DNA from: Saprospiraceae bacterium
GTDB lineage: Bacteria > Bacteroidota > Bacteroidia > Chitinophagales > Saprospiraceae
Direction of reading: 5' to 3'
Length of the DNA stretch: 64,000 bases
NCBI GenBank assembly: GCA_041749255.1
Contig: JBGTBR010000056.1
Coordinates: 38,621-102,620, forward strand
Positions 1 to 8,997 of this stretch are shown here, in pieces. Positions within the stretch are counted from its first letter, which is position 1. The number at the start of each line of letters is the position of its first letter. The notes under the pieces are model-generated. The model did not search any database and was not told the origin of the DNA. It saw only the letters and a list, made by a program, of their open reading frames with translations. The translations under genes and the position numbers were made by a program.

Positions 1-685
1 ATTAGCAAGCAAACTCTTCGTTATCAGCCTTATTGCATATTCTTCTCTTTCTGGACAGGAAAGAAATCTGGATTCTTTCACTAAACTTAGAACTTTAGGA
101 AGCATAGAGGTTACTTTACAAAAAGGCAACCAGCATAGAGCAGAAATTGAAATGATAAGAGGAGATTTCGAAGATCTACTTACTGAAGTTAAGAATGACA
201 TATTGTTGATCAAATTCAAAGACAACCTTTTTAGCAACTGGAACAATAACTCCAAAGCTAAAATAACACTGTATTACAAAAGCCTTCAAAGTGTAGAAGT
301 GGCTGCCGGTTCTCGTTTGGTGAGTAAAGACGAGTTAAAGTCTCCTAAAATGTCAGTGGATGTATCATCCGGAGGCTCATGTTCTCTTGTGCTTAATTCA
401 AATGATTCCAATATAAACATTACTTCAGGTGGTTCTTGCACTCTATCAGGATCTTCAATAAATTCAACTGTTCAGGTTAATTCAGGTGCCAGTTTTAATG
501 GCAGTGAATTTAAATCAGACATGGTTAAAGTAAATGTTACATCAGGTGGTTCTGCCAGAGTATGGGTAACAGACAAGATCATAGGTACAGCTAATAGTGG
601 AGGATCTATCCGTTATAAAGGTGAACCAAAAGAAAAGATTTTAGATGCAGGGAAATACAGTGGAGGAAGTATTAAAAATATGTGA
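1..685 (+). CDS. Head GIN domain (DUF2807)-like secreted protein; the 5' end runs off the window
   Basis: The frame of ORF 152..685 stays open back to nt 2, where LASKLFVISLIAYSSLSGQE looks like a signal peptide. An SGGS/TSGGS motif recurs about every 20 aa, as in DUF2807 putative adhesin heads. Confidence 0.6.
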   Translation, partial: LASKLFVISLIAYSSLSGQERNLDSFTKLRTLGSIEVTLQKGNQHRAEIEMIRGDFEDLLTEVKNDILLIKFKDNLFSNWNNNSKAKITLYYKSLQSVEVAAGSRLVSKDELKSPKMSVDVSSGGSCSLVLNSNDSNINITSGGSCTLSGSSINSTVQVNSGASFNGSEFKSDMVKVNVTSGGSARVWVTDKIIGTANSGGSIRYKGEPKEKILDAGKYSGGSIKNM

Positions 686-720
686 TCCTCGTGTAGAATT
701 TTATAAAATCTGCAAATGAT

Positions 721-760
721 AAAAGGTGTAGAGACAATCAGTCCTTACACCTTTTTTATT
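721..760. terminator. Bidirectional intrinsic terminator between the convergent DUF2807 gene and rpsT
   Basis: AAGGTGTA (723-730) pairs with TACACCTT (746-753). An A-run lies 5' and a T-run 3', so the hairpin reads as a terminator on both strands. Confidence 0.55.
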
Positions 761-785
761 TTCTTTAATTCGAACAAAAGATCTT

Positions 786-1046
786 TTAAGCCACCTCTAA
801 AGCATGTACATGCTTCATTAACTTACTCTTCAAATTTGAGGCCTTGTTCTTATGCCAGGTATTTTTCTTTGCCAGTTTATCGATCATACTTACAACTTTG
901 GGTAAAAACTGCTTTGCTTCTTCCTGATCTGTCATTTCCCTTAATTTGGCAATAGCAGTTCTGGCAGACTTCTTATAATACCTGTTTCTAAGCCTGATTT
1001 TAGCATTTTGTCTGATCCTCTTTTTCGATGATTGATGGTTCGCCAT
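786..1046 (-). CDS. rpsT: 30S ribosomal protein S20
   Basis: 86 aa, very basic. The N-terminus MANHQSSKKRIRQNAKIRLRNRYYKK is typical of S20. Confidence 0.95.
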   Translation of the reverse strand: MANHQSSKKRIRQNAKIRLRNRYYKKSARTAIAKLREMTDQEEAKQFLPKVVSMIDKLAKKNTWHKNKASNLKSKLMKHVHALEVA

Positions 1047-1081
1047 AAATCTATTATACTTTCTATTATTTAAATGGAGTG

Positions 1082-1089
1082 CAAAATTA
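1082..1089 (-). promoter_or_regulatory. Candidate Bacteroidota -7 promoter box (TAnnTTTG) for rpsT
   Basis: The minus strand reads TAATTTTG, 35 nt upstream of the rpsT ATG. This is a motif match only. Confidence 0.3.
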
Positions 1090-1536
1090 ATATATTTTTT
1101 GGAATAAGTAAATATTTTATTGATGATATCCTTTATTTTTTCTTTACAAACGGTTTGCTTTAATGTAGAGAGTGTATATGGTAGAATTTAAACTGTAGTT
1201 ATTCAAGCGACTATACGATACATATATAGTATACGTGCTCCACATACCTATGATTTCATTCATTTACACTGATTTATTTATTAATCAAAATACCAAAAGA
1301 TATTTACATGATTATTACCCAATTTGTGAAAATATGGGTTGGGAATTAATCTAAAAGCATAAAGGTCTTTATATCCTTTCGCATCAGTCTTCCGATTAAT
1401 AGTTGTTGAAAAGACAACACAAAATTTCAAACTTTCCTCTACAAAATAACATTTAAAATACTGAAGATTATTTATAATAGATTGATATTTGCTTTTCGTT
1501 ATAACCCAAATTTCACTTAAAGAATTTAATTGCTAT

Positions 1537-4263
1537 ATGACTGATTATTCTTATGTATTTAATGCACATCCCTCATACATTGAAACCATTTATAAGGATT
1601 TCAAAAAGGATCCAACCTCTATTGATGAAGGGTGGAGGACTTTTTTTGAAGGTTTTGAATTTGCTCAAAATGGAAATGGTCACATTGAAGAGTCTATATT
1701 ATCATCTTCTGATATAAAAAAAGAATTTGGAGCGTTATCCATCATTTTTGGCTTTAGGCAAAGAGGGCATTTACTTTCTGATACCAACCCTATAAGAAAG
1801 AGAAAGGATCGAAGACCCCACTTAGACCTCAGCGACCATGGCCTGGAAGAATCTGATCTGGATAAAGTTTTTCAAGCGAGCCTGGAAATAGGATTGGAAA
1901 ATGCCACATTGCGAGAAATCATCCAACGTTTACAAGAAATATATGCTGGCCCTATTGGTATCGAATACTCCCACATAGAAGACCGGGCTAAAAGGATATG
2001 GGTAAGAAAAAAGATGGAAGAGAGGCCATTGAAAGGTGGATATGGTTTGGGCATAAAAAAGAAGAAGAGAATTTTGGAAAAACTCAATGGTGCCGTAGTA
2101 TTTGAAAACTTTCTACACACCAAATATGTGGGTCAAAAGAGATTTTCTTTGGAAGGCGGTGAAACTACCATTGCTGCATTGGATGCCATTATCACCAAAG
2201 CCACTGATGATAAAGTAGAAGAAGTGGTTCTTGGAATGGCACACAGAGGTAGATTGAATGTTTTAGCCAATATAATGGGAAAAACCTATGAGCAAATATT
2301 TAATGAATTTGAAGGAACCGCTGTTCCTGATTTGAGCTATGGTGATGGTGATGTGAAGTACCATTTAGGGTTTAGTTCGCAAATACAACGCGAAGATGGA
2401 AAGACCATACATTTAAAAATGGTACCCAATCCATCGCACCTGGAATCAGTTAATCCGGTTTTAGAAGGTTTTTCAAGAGCAAAAGCAGATATTCTATACG
2501 GTAGCGACTACGACAGAATTCTTCCTTTACTCATACATGGAGACGCCGCTATTGCCGGACAGGGTGTTGTGTATGAAACAGTACAGATGAGTCAGTTAGA
2601 TGGGTACTACACCGGTGGAACCATTCACTTTGTCATCAATAATCAAATCGGTTTTACCACAGATTTTGATGATGCGAGATCATCTACTTATTGCACGGCA
2701 GCTGCCAGTTTGGTGCAGGCTCCGGTCTTCCATGTAAATGGTGACTATCCGGAAGCTGTTGTATGGGCCAGTGAGCTCGCAACTGAATATAGGCAAAAAT
2801 TCAACAATGATGTTTTCATTGACATGGTCTGCTACCGGAAACATGGGCATAACGAAGGAGATGACCCAAAATTTACCCAACCTTTGATGTATAACATCAT
2901 CAATAATCATCCAAACCCACGAGAGATATATCTAAAAACGCTGCTTGAAAGAGATTTTGTTGAAAAGAAACTTGCTGAAGATATGGAGACATTCTTTTGG
3001 GATGATTTACAGCGCAAGTTGGATTTAGTGAAAGAGAAGCCCCTACCCTACAACTATCAGGAACCAGAAAATGAATGGAGGAAATTGGATTTTGTTAAAG
3101 ACCCATTAAAAGTAGATCAGCAACCTGAAACGGGAGTCCAAAAAGATGTATTTGACAAAATTGTCCGACATATCATGTCCATGCCCAACGGCTTTGAGCC
3201 ATTACCAAAAGTGAACAGGCTCATGAAGAGTACCCAAAAGTTGCTTGATCAGGGTTATCTGGATTGGGCTATGGGTGAATTAGCGGCATACGGCACCCTG
3301 TTGTTAGAAGGTCATGATGTAAGAATGAGTGGACAGGATGTTAAAAGGGGTACATTTTCGCACAGGCATGCAATATTCAGGGATTCAAAAACTTTTGAGC
3401 CCTACACTCGTCTAAGTGGCATGAGCGATCAGCAAGGTCGGTTTATGATTTACAACTCTTTGCTTTCTGAGTTTGCCGTTATGGGTTTTGAATACGGATA
3501 TTCCTTAGCGACTCCAAATTCTTTGGTATTGTGGGAGGCTCAATTTGGAGACTTCTATAATGGCGCGCAAACCATAATTGACCAGTATATTAGTGCAGCA
3601 GAAAGTAAATGGAGAAGAATGAGCGGTCTCGTTTTATTGCTGCCGCATGGATACTCAGGTCAGGGCCCGGAGCATTCGAGTGCAAGACTTGAAAGATTCC
3701 TGCAAGCTTGTGCTGAGTACAATATGATCATTACCAATATAACAACCCCTTCTAATTTTTTTCATGCTTTACGACGACAACTCGCCCTACCTTTTAGAAA
3801 ACCTTTAATCAATATGGCGCCAAAATCTCTGCTAAGGCATCCAAAATGCGTATCGGGCAAGGAAGACTTTATTTCCGGAACTTCATTTCAACCAATCATT
3901 GAGGATCCGGTTGGGAAATCGAAGATAAATAAAGTTCTATTTTGCAGTGGTCAATTATACTATGATTTATTGGAAAGAAAAGAAATGGAAGAGCGGGATG
4001 ATATAGCTCTGGTTAGAATTGAACAACTTTATCCCTTACCTGAAATCGAAATGAGAAATATTATGAAAAAATATTCTGAATCTCAATTTGTTTGGGTACA
4101 AGAAGAGCCCTTAAATATGGGAGCCTGGGATTATATGGTTCGGTATTTCAGAAAAGATCCTTTGGAAGTAGTAGCGAGGAGGGCATCGGCTTCACCCGCA
4201 ACTGGATATAAGAAAGTACATGATGACCAACAAAAAGATGTTATAGACAGGGCGTTTGCATAA
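1537..4263 (+). CDS. sucA: 2-oxoglutarate dehydrogenase E1 component
   Basis: 908 aa from the ATG at 1537 (MTDYSYVFNAHPSYIE). Motifs GMAHRGRLNVL, IHGDAAIAGQGVV and LLLPHGYSGQGPEHSSARLERFLQ are present. The TTG at 1489 is probably a spurious extension. Confidence 0.95.
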   Translation: MTDYSYVFNAHPSYIETIYKDFKKDPTSIDEGWRTFFEGFEFAQNGNGHIEESILSSSDIKKEFGALSIIFGFRQRGHLLSDTNPIRKRKDRRPHLDLSDHGLEESDLDKVFQASLEIGLENATLREIIQRLQEIYAGPIGIEYSHIEDRAKRIWVRKKMEERPLKGGYGLGIKKKKRILEKLNGAVVFENFLHTKYVGQKRFSLEGGETTIAALDAIITKATDDKVEEVVLGMAHRGRLNVLANIMGKTYEQIFNEFEGTAVPDLSYGDGDVKYHLGFSSQIQREDGKTIHLKMVPNPSHLESVNPVLEGFSRAKADILYGSDYDRILPLLIHGDAAIAGQGVVYETVQMSQLDGYYTGGTIHFVINNQIGFTTDFDDARSSTYCTAAASLVQAPVFHVNGDYPEAVVWASELATEYRQKFNNDVFIDMVCYRKHGHNEGDDPKFTQPLMYNIINNHPNPREIYLKTLLERDFVEKKLAEDMETFFWDDLQRKLDLVKEKPLPYNYQEPENEWRKLDFVKDPLKVDQQPETGVQKDVFDKIVRHIMSMPNGFEPLPKVNRLMKSTQKLLDQGYLDWAMGELAAYGTLLLEGHDVRMSGQDVKRGTFSHRHAIFRDSKTFEPYTRLSGMSDQQGRFMIYNSLLSEFAVMGFEYGYSLATPNSLVLWEAQFGDFYNGAQTIIDQYISAAESKWRRMSGLVLLLPHGYSGQGPEHSSARLERFLQACAEYNMIITNITTPSNFFHALRRQLALPFRKPLINMAPKSLLRHPKCVSGKEDFISGTSFQPIIEDPVGKSKINKVLFCSGQLYYDLLERKEMEERDDIALVRIEQLYPLPEIEMRNIMKKYSESQFVWVQEEPLNMGAWDYMVRYFRKDPLEVVARRASASPATGYKKVHDDQQKDVIDRAFA

Positions 4264-4333
4264 GTTATACCATCTGTAAAAGGTGATGTGAGGATGAACC
4301 ACTTCCCAAAGCCTCTTACAGCGAAATTTAAAA

Positions 4334-4420
4334 ATTACGAATTACGAATGATGCTTTAATCACAAAAAAAAATGTAAAGGACACATTATCTCGTAATTCG
4401 TAATTGATAAATCGTAATTG
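4334..4420. repeat. ATTACGA heptamer repeats forming a 14-bp inverted repeat; probable bidirectional terminator
   Basis: ATTACGAATTACGA (4334-4347) is the perfect reverse complement of TCGTAATTCGTAAT (4391-4404). A further CGTAATTG copy follows. The locus sits between the convergent sucA and beta-barrel genes. Confidence 0.6.
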
Positions 4421-4445
4421 AAAGTACTCTCTATTCTAAATGTAG

Positions 4446-5345
4446 TTAATTTTCTTTTCTGCTTTTAACCGTAAAAACCCGGCTAATATTAAAACCAAAA
4501 TGAATGTCTCCATCTTCCCATCTACCTCTTGATTCGGTAATAAATCCCTTTTCTATCATGGAAGTACTGTTGGTAAAGTGAAGTTGGAAAACATGACCTC
4601 CGGTTTCAATATCGAATCCCAATGACAGAGAATTGGTAAATTGATTATCTAGTTGGTCGGGCAATACGTAAATATATTCAGCATTTAAAGCAACTCTTTT
4701 AGACAATTTAATTCTGCCCCCGGCTCCAAGAGCGTAGACATCATTGCTTTCCTGCAGTGTTGCGACTAAATTTCGATGCACAACCGTTGGGCTTAACTGA
4801 AGTGTAAACGAGTCACTAAATTTCCTGCCTAAAATCATCTGAAAAGTGTAATATAACCTGGAGCTAAAAAAATTATCTCTTTCCGGAATGGGCCACCTGA
4901 GAGTCTGTATGGCCGTTGTGGTTAAAAGGGCAGCTGAAAAGGGAAAACTTCTCTTGCCACTGCTTTGTCTTAAAAATTTCCATTTGAAATAACCGTCATA
5001 CGTTTTCTGAAAACTACTCCTGCCCAGTCCGATCATTATATTATCATTAAGACCATAATCAAAACCAAATCTTACTGAGGAATTATCTAAACCAAATAAT
5101 TCATAAAATCCTCCACTTATAAAACCAAACCTATGGGAAATTTTGAAATCTAAAACGCCTCCAGCCGTATTTTCTAATGAATGAAGATTGATAACGCGAT
5201 TGGTTTTGAAGCTCGCATCCGCATAATCAGTGATCTCTTCCTCTTCTATAAGTGAAAGTAAATCAGTGCCTTCCTGAGAAACCAAAGTTGAAACAAGGCT
5301 ATTAAATACTAGAAAAATTAAAGCTATAAATTTCAATGTTTGCAT
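4446..5345 (-). CDS. Outer-membrane beta-barrel protein (DUF5777-like)
   Basis: It has a signal peptide, alternating hydrophobic beta-strand patterning, and a C-terminal aromatic segment (HFGFNISRVF). The family assignment is from memory of RefSeq naming. Confidence 0.55.
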   Translation of the reverse strand: MQTLKFIALIFLVFNSLVSTLVSQEGTDLLSLIEEEEITDYADASFKTNRVINLHSLENTAGGVLDFKISHRFGFISGGFYELFGLDNSSVRFGFDYGLNDNIMIGLGRSSFQKTYDGYFKWKFLRQSSGKRSFPFSAALLTTTAIQTLRWPIPERDNFFSSRLYYTFQMILGRKFSDSFTLQLSPTVVHRNLVATLQESNDVYALGAGGRIKLSKRVALNAEYIYVLPDQLDNQFTNSLSLGFDIETGGHVFQLHFTNSTSMIEKGFITESRGRWEDGDIHFGFNISRVFTVKSRKEN

Positions 5346-5425
5346 TAATTCTTTTTTATTAAGTCGTTTATATCAAAATAATTTGTCATGACAATATTGA
5401 ATTAGCCAGGTTAGATAAAATCAAA

Positions 5426-5977
5426 TCACTTTTTTAATTCCTCCAATGTTGCCGACACATTTACTTCTACAGTTTTGGCAATTTTGTCTCTTACGACGGA
5501 GGGAATTGAGATGTCATAATCTGCCAAGGTTACGATAAAATTAGCCTTTACATCGACACCATTTTCTGTTACGGATATAGTGCATGGAGATTCAACATTC
5601 TTGGTGATATTCCTCATTGTCAATTCACCAGAGACATTACAATTATGGACACCAACAGTAGCTAAATCGATTGGAGTATATTCCGTTACAGATCCTTTAA
5701 ATACAGCCTTAGGAAATTTGTTGCTCTCCATATAATTTTCATTGAAATGCTCTTGCATGAGAGCTTTATCAAATTGAAAACCTTTTATAAGAGTAGCTGC
5801 TTCTATCTGACCTTTAGTAAAGTCAAATACTATACTTGATGATCGGTTAATTGCTTCAATCTTTTCCAAAGGTGTATCAGAAAAAAAAGTAATCTCCCCA
5901 TTCCTGGTGTAATATATTTGTCCACACACGATACCATACATATGTACAAGCAAAAGTAAAATCCAAAATGCCTTCAT
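5426..5977 (-). CDS. YceI-family periplasmic polyisoprenoid-binding protein
   Basis: 183 aa with a signal peptide. The YceI-like pattern is present (ITFFSDTPLEKIEA...KFPKAVFKG...GELTMRNITK). Confidence 0.8.
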   Translation of the reverse strand: MKAFWILLLLVHMYGIVCGQIYYTRNGEITFFSDTPLEKIEAINRSSSIVFDFTKGQIEAATLIKGFQFDKALMQEHFNENYMESNKFPKAVFKGSVTEYTPIDLATVGVHNCNVSGELTMRNITKNVESPCTISVTENGVDVKANFIVTLADYDISIPSVVRDKIAKTVEVNVSATLEELKK

Positions 5978-6005
5978 AATAAACTTGTTTATATATACGA
6001 TTGAT

Positions 6006-6431
6006 TTATTTATTTAGTACGATACATCTCTCAAGACTTATATCCATCAATTTACCAGAGCAAAGGCCTCTTATAGAAACCAGATCTCCTTCCTCGAGTT
6101 CTTCAACTTCTGATATCTCCATAAAAGCACAATTAATATCACCAAACGCGCTACCTGTATCCAGATATAAGTTTGCAGTATCTTCTGATCTTTTTATAGA
6201 TTTCAATTTACCATTAACCTGTATGACTTTACCCAAATACTTTTCGTTTGCCACTTCTTCATTATCGTCATAATCATGATATAATTGCTGTGCAGTAATT
6301 GTATGTGCTGGTTTAATATTTGAAAAATCAGCGTGTGGTTTATGGTACATTGAATAAGCTATCCATGCCAAAATGACAACTATGATCAATAATAGAGGTA
6401 AGAGTATTTTAATTTTGAATAGTGATCCCAT
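6006..6431 (-). CDS. Membrane-anchored OB-fold protein (tRNA_anti-like family)
   Basis: An N-terminal TM helix is followed by ITAQQLYHDYDDNEEVANEKYLGKVIQVNGKL, the typical layout of this family. Confidence 0.55.
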   Translation of the reverse strand: MGSLFKIKILLPLLLIIVVILAWIAYSMYHKPHADFSNIKPAHTITAQQLYHDYDDNEEVANEKYLGKVIQVNGKLKSIKRSEDTANLYLDTGSAFGDINCAFMEISEVEELEEGDLVSIRGLCSGKLMDISLERCIVLNK

Positions 6432-6456
6432 AATTAAAAAAAATTACAATCAAATT

Positions 6457-6828
6457 TTAATTGTTACGGCTTCCTTCTTCAACCCATTTTTCTATTTTTT
6501 GAATATCACAGGCCGGAAGTTTTGGTGCATCCTCTGGCATTGGTATAAAACCACTTTCATGATTGATTGAACCTACCAGACTTCCTCTGTTAACGTAAAT
6601 AAGAACTTCGTTAAAATCTTCAAGACTTACATCTCCTAATCTCGCACTTGAACTGTGGCAAACAAAACAGGTTCTCACAAATATAGGCAGGATTTCTGAA
6701 GAATAACTCACATTTACCGGATTGCACTCTTCACCAGGATAAAGAACTTCTTCTACATCGTAAAAACAACCGCTTAGATTAAAAAATAGTATACAAATGA
6801 CAATGCAAAAAAATAGTTTATTTAACAT
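6457..6828 (-). CDS. Small c-type cytochrome-like lipoprotein
   Basis: One CxxCH haem motif (CFVCH) and a downstream MP. The likely start is the ATG at 6828 (MLNKLFFCIVICILFFNLSGC, lipobox-like). The longer ORF extending to 6972 looks spurious. Confidence 0.6.
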   Translation of the reverse strand: MLNKLFFCIVICILFFNLSGCFYDVEEVLYPGEECNPVNVSYSSEILPIFVRTCFVCHSSSARLGDVSLEDFNEVLIYVNRGSLVGSINHESGFIPMPEDAPKLPACDIQKIEKWVEEGSRNN

Positions 6829-7024
6829 AATGGCCTTTATCTTTATTAATAATATTGATAAAAGAAAAACGAACATATACGGAGTTTCGTATTCTGTGAG
6901 AAATTGTGAATTGAAAACATTCAATATCTCTTTAAAAAATATGGAAATGAAAAAACCATACCATAAATACATATACGGTATCGATGTATTAGATGGATTG
7001 ATAAAAGCAAAATTCTTTTACTTT

Positions 7025-8344
7025 TTATTCGCAGCCCATATCGTTTCTTGAAAGAATATCATTATTTGGAAAACACATTCCAGAGATTACCTGATCAGGT
7101 ACATATCTTTCTAAATTTGGATCTCTTAACCCATTTCTTAAAAATTCAACTAAATCGGATTTTTCCTGATCGGTTAAGCCGAGTGGTCTCAGGTAAGTGG
7201 ATAGTTGAGATGAGGGTACACGTGGGTTTTCAGGTACTCCTGTATTAAAATATTCAACCACATCTTCCAAAGTTTCCTTACTACCTCCATGAAAGTAGGG
7301 GCCACTATCTCCAAGATTATATAACTGTGGTGTTCTGAATTTAAACATATCTTCAGATCTACCTGTAAATCCTCCTCTTCCAAAATTTCGAAGATCATTT
7401 TCTGAGGTTTTCAAACCTCCCTTCTCATATAAATCTCTGACGCCAAGTGCCTCAAATCGCATAGAACCTAAATTCTTCTCAAAATGGCAAGTATTACATG
7501 CGGCCTTACCAAAAAATACTATGGCTCCTCTTTTCTGTTGATCTGTCATGCCCGCATTATTGCCTCTTAACCATAATTGAAATGGCGCTTCGTTGGTAAC
7601 CAATTGGCGTAGAAAAGCAGAAATAGCAAAACTGGCTCCCTTTCTTGAATACTTTTCTTCAGGAGATAAATCTGGAAAAGCCTGATCAAACATTTCTTTG
7701 TAACCTGCTTCTTCAATAATTTTTTCAGTATACATCATTCTGTGCACAATAAGGCCTTCAATATTCTGACCTTCCAAAGCACCAAGTCTTTCATGATTTC
7801 TGGCTGTACCAGGATCAAAAACTCCCCATACTTGTTCTGTGCCTGTGTTATGGCCGTCTGATCCAAATGAACCATTCCACATCGTATTCTCAACAAAGGC
7901 CACATTCAATGTAGCCAAAGGTCTTGCTCCTTGTGCATCAATATCATGATCCATGTAATATGGAGCTTTAGTCCTTGCCTCACCCTTAATACCCATCCCA
8001 AAACCACCATCAGCAATTCCCTGCATTCTTCCCGGTCTAAAACCCGATTCAGCTATGTGACATGTACTACATGTGAATGTAAACAAATGATTACTTCGCA
8101 TGGCTTCATTAGCAAACTTGGGTTCAAAAAACAGCATTTTACCCAAATTCACCTTTTCAGGAGTAAGAGGGTTTACAGGCGATTGGGGTATGGCTTGATA
8201 ATCTGTCGAATTAGGAAGAGTGTATTGCTCTTTCTTTCCTATTAATTGGGTTAATTCAACGTCTAAAGCAACCACTTCCTGATGGTTACAGCTATATATA
8301 ACAAAAATAAATAATATTATTAAAAAGGGTATAATTCTTTTCAT
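7025..8344 (-). CDS. Di-haem cytochrome c peroxidase (CCP/MauG family)
   Basis: Two CxxCH motifs (CSTCH, CNTCH). FRTPQLYNLG and PYFHGGS segments are characteristic of CCP/MauG enzymes. Confidence 0.9.
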   Translation of the reverse strand: MKRIIPFLIILFIFVIYSCNHQEVVALDVELTQLIGKKEQYTLPNSTDYQAIPQSPVNPLTPEKVNLGKMLFFEPKFANEAMRSNHLFTFTCSTCHIAESGFRPGRMQGIADGGFGMGIKGEARTKAPYYMDHDIDAQGARPLATLNVAFVENTMWNGSFGSDGHNTGTEQVWGVFDPGTARNHERLGALEGQNIEGLIVHRMMYTEKIIEEAGYKEMFDQAFPDLSPEEKYSRKGASFAISAFLRQLVTNEAPFQLWLRGNNAGMTDQQKRGAIVFFGKAACNTCHFEKNLGSMRFEALGVRDLYEKGGLKTSENDLRNFGRGGFTGRSEDMFKFRTPQLYNLGDSGPYFHGGSKETLEDVVEYFNTGVPENPRVPSSQLSTYLRPLGLTDQEKSDLVEFLRNGLRDPNLERYVPDQVISGMCFPNNDILSRNDMGCE

Positions 8345-8997
8345 AGTTTCAGACAGGTTATTTCTTTACAAATATAGAAACAAGTTTTGGAAGTGTAAGA
8401 AAAAAAATCGTGAATTTTATTAAAATTATTTAATGCTAAATTGTTATATATATTTCTAATTTATAAGCATATACGTATTTATATATGAACTTAGGCTCCA
8501 TATTAACTATAATATTTGTATTCAACAAAAAGTTACAGCGTTAAATATAAAATATTTATATATGAATATTTCATAATAATATCTCCAATACGTCTTTACG
8601 GTTTATACTATAGGGTGACAATGGATGCAAAACTTGCATTGTTTTAGAAGGTGAACAGTTAATATTAAGATCAAAAAAGGTTAGATTTTTTGTAATATTT
8701 ACTCAAATCTCAAAAAACCAAATTGATTTTAATATTAAATGCATCATTATGAGTCCTTTACCCAACAATCCTTAAAATAAAGAAACCTAAGTGATCATTG
8801 ACATATTAAAATGGTGACTTTCACCTTGAGAAATTCAAACTTGTATTTATTGATTCCAGGTGGTTCCATAACCAATTAATTTGAAAATGTCATATATACA
8901 AATAATTGTAAAGCTTTTATCATATTTATAGGTGATTATATATTTTGTGATAAAACTTAGATATTTATACAAGTTTCCACCTAATTTATCATTTCAA

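Noticed and set aside
716-955. ORF 716..955 (+), overlapping rpsT
   Set aside because: It is antisense to the highly conserved S20 gene, and it starts inside the terminator hairpin.
1489-1536. Upstream alternative starts that extend ORFs (sucA TTG 1489, 8932, 12193, 37950, 46482, 46896, 60266, 6972, 45169)
   Set aside because: The downstream ATGs give N-termini that match the conserved family start or a clean signal peptide or lipobox. The extensions are hydrophobic or AT-rich read-through of promoter regions.
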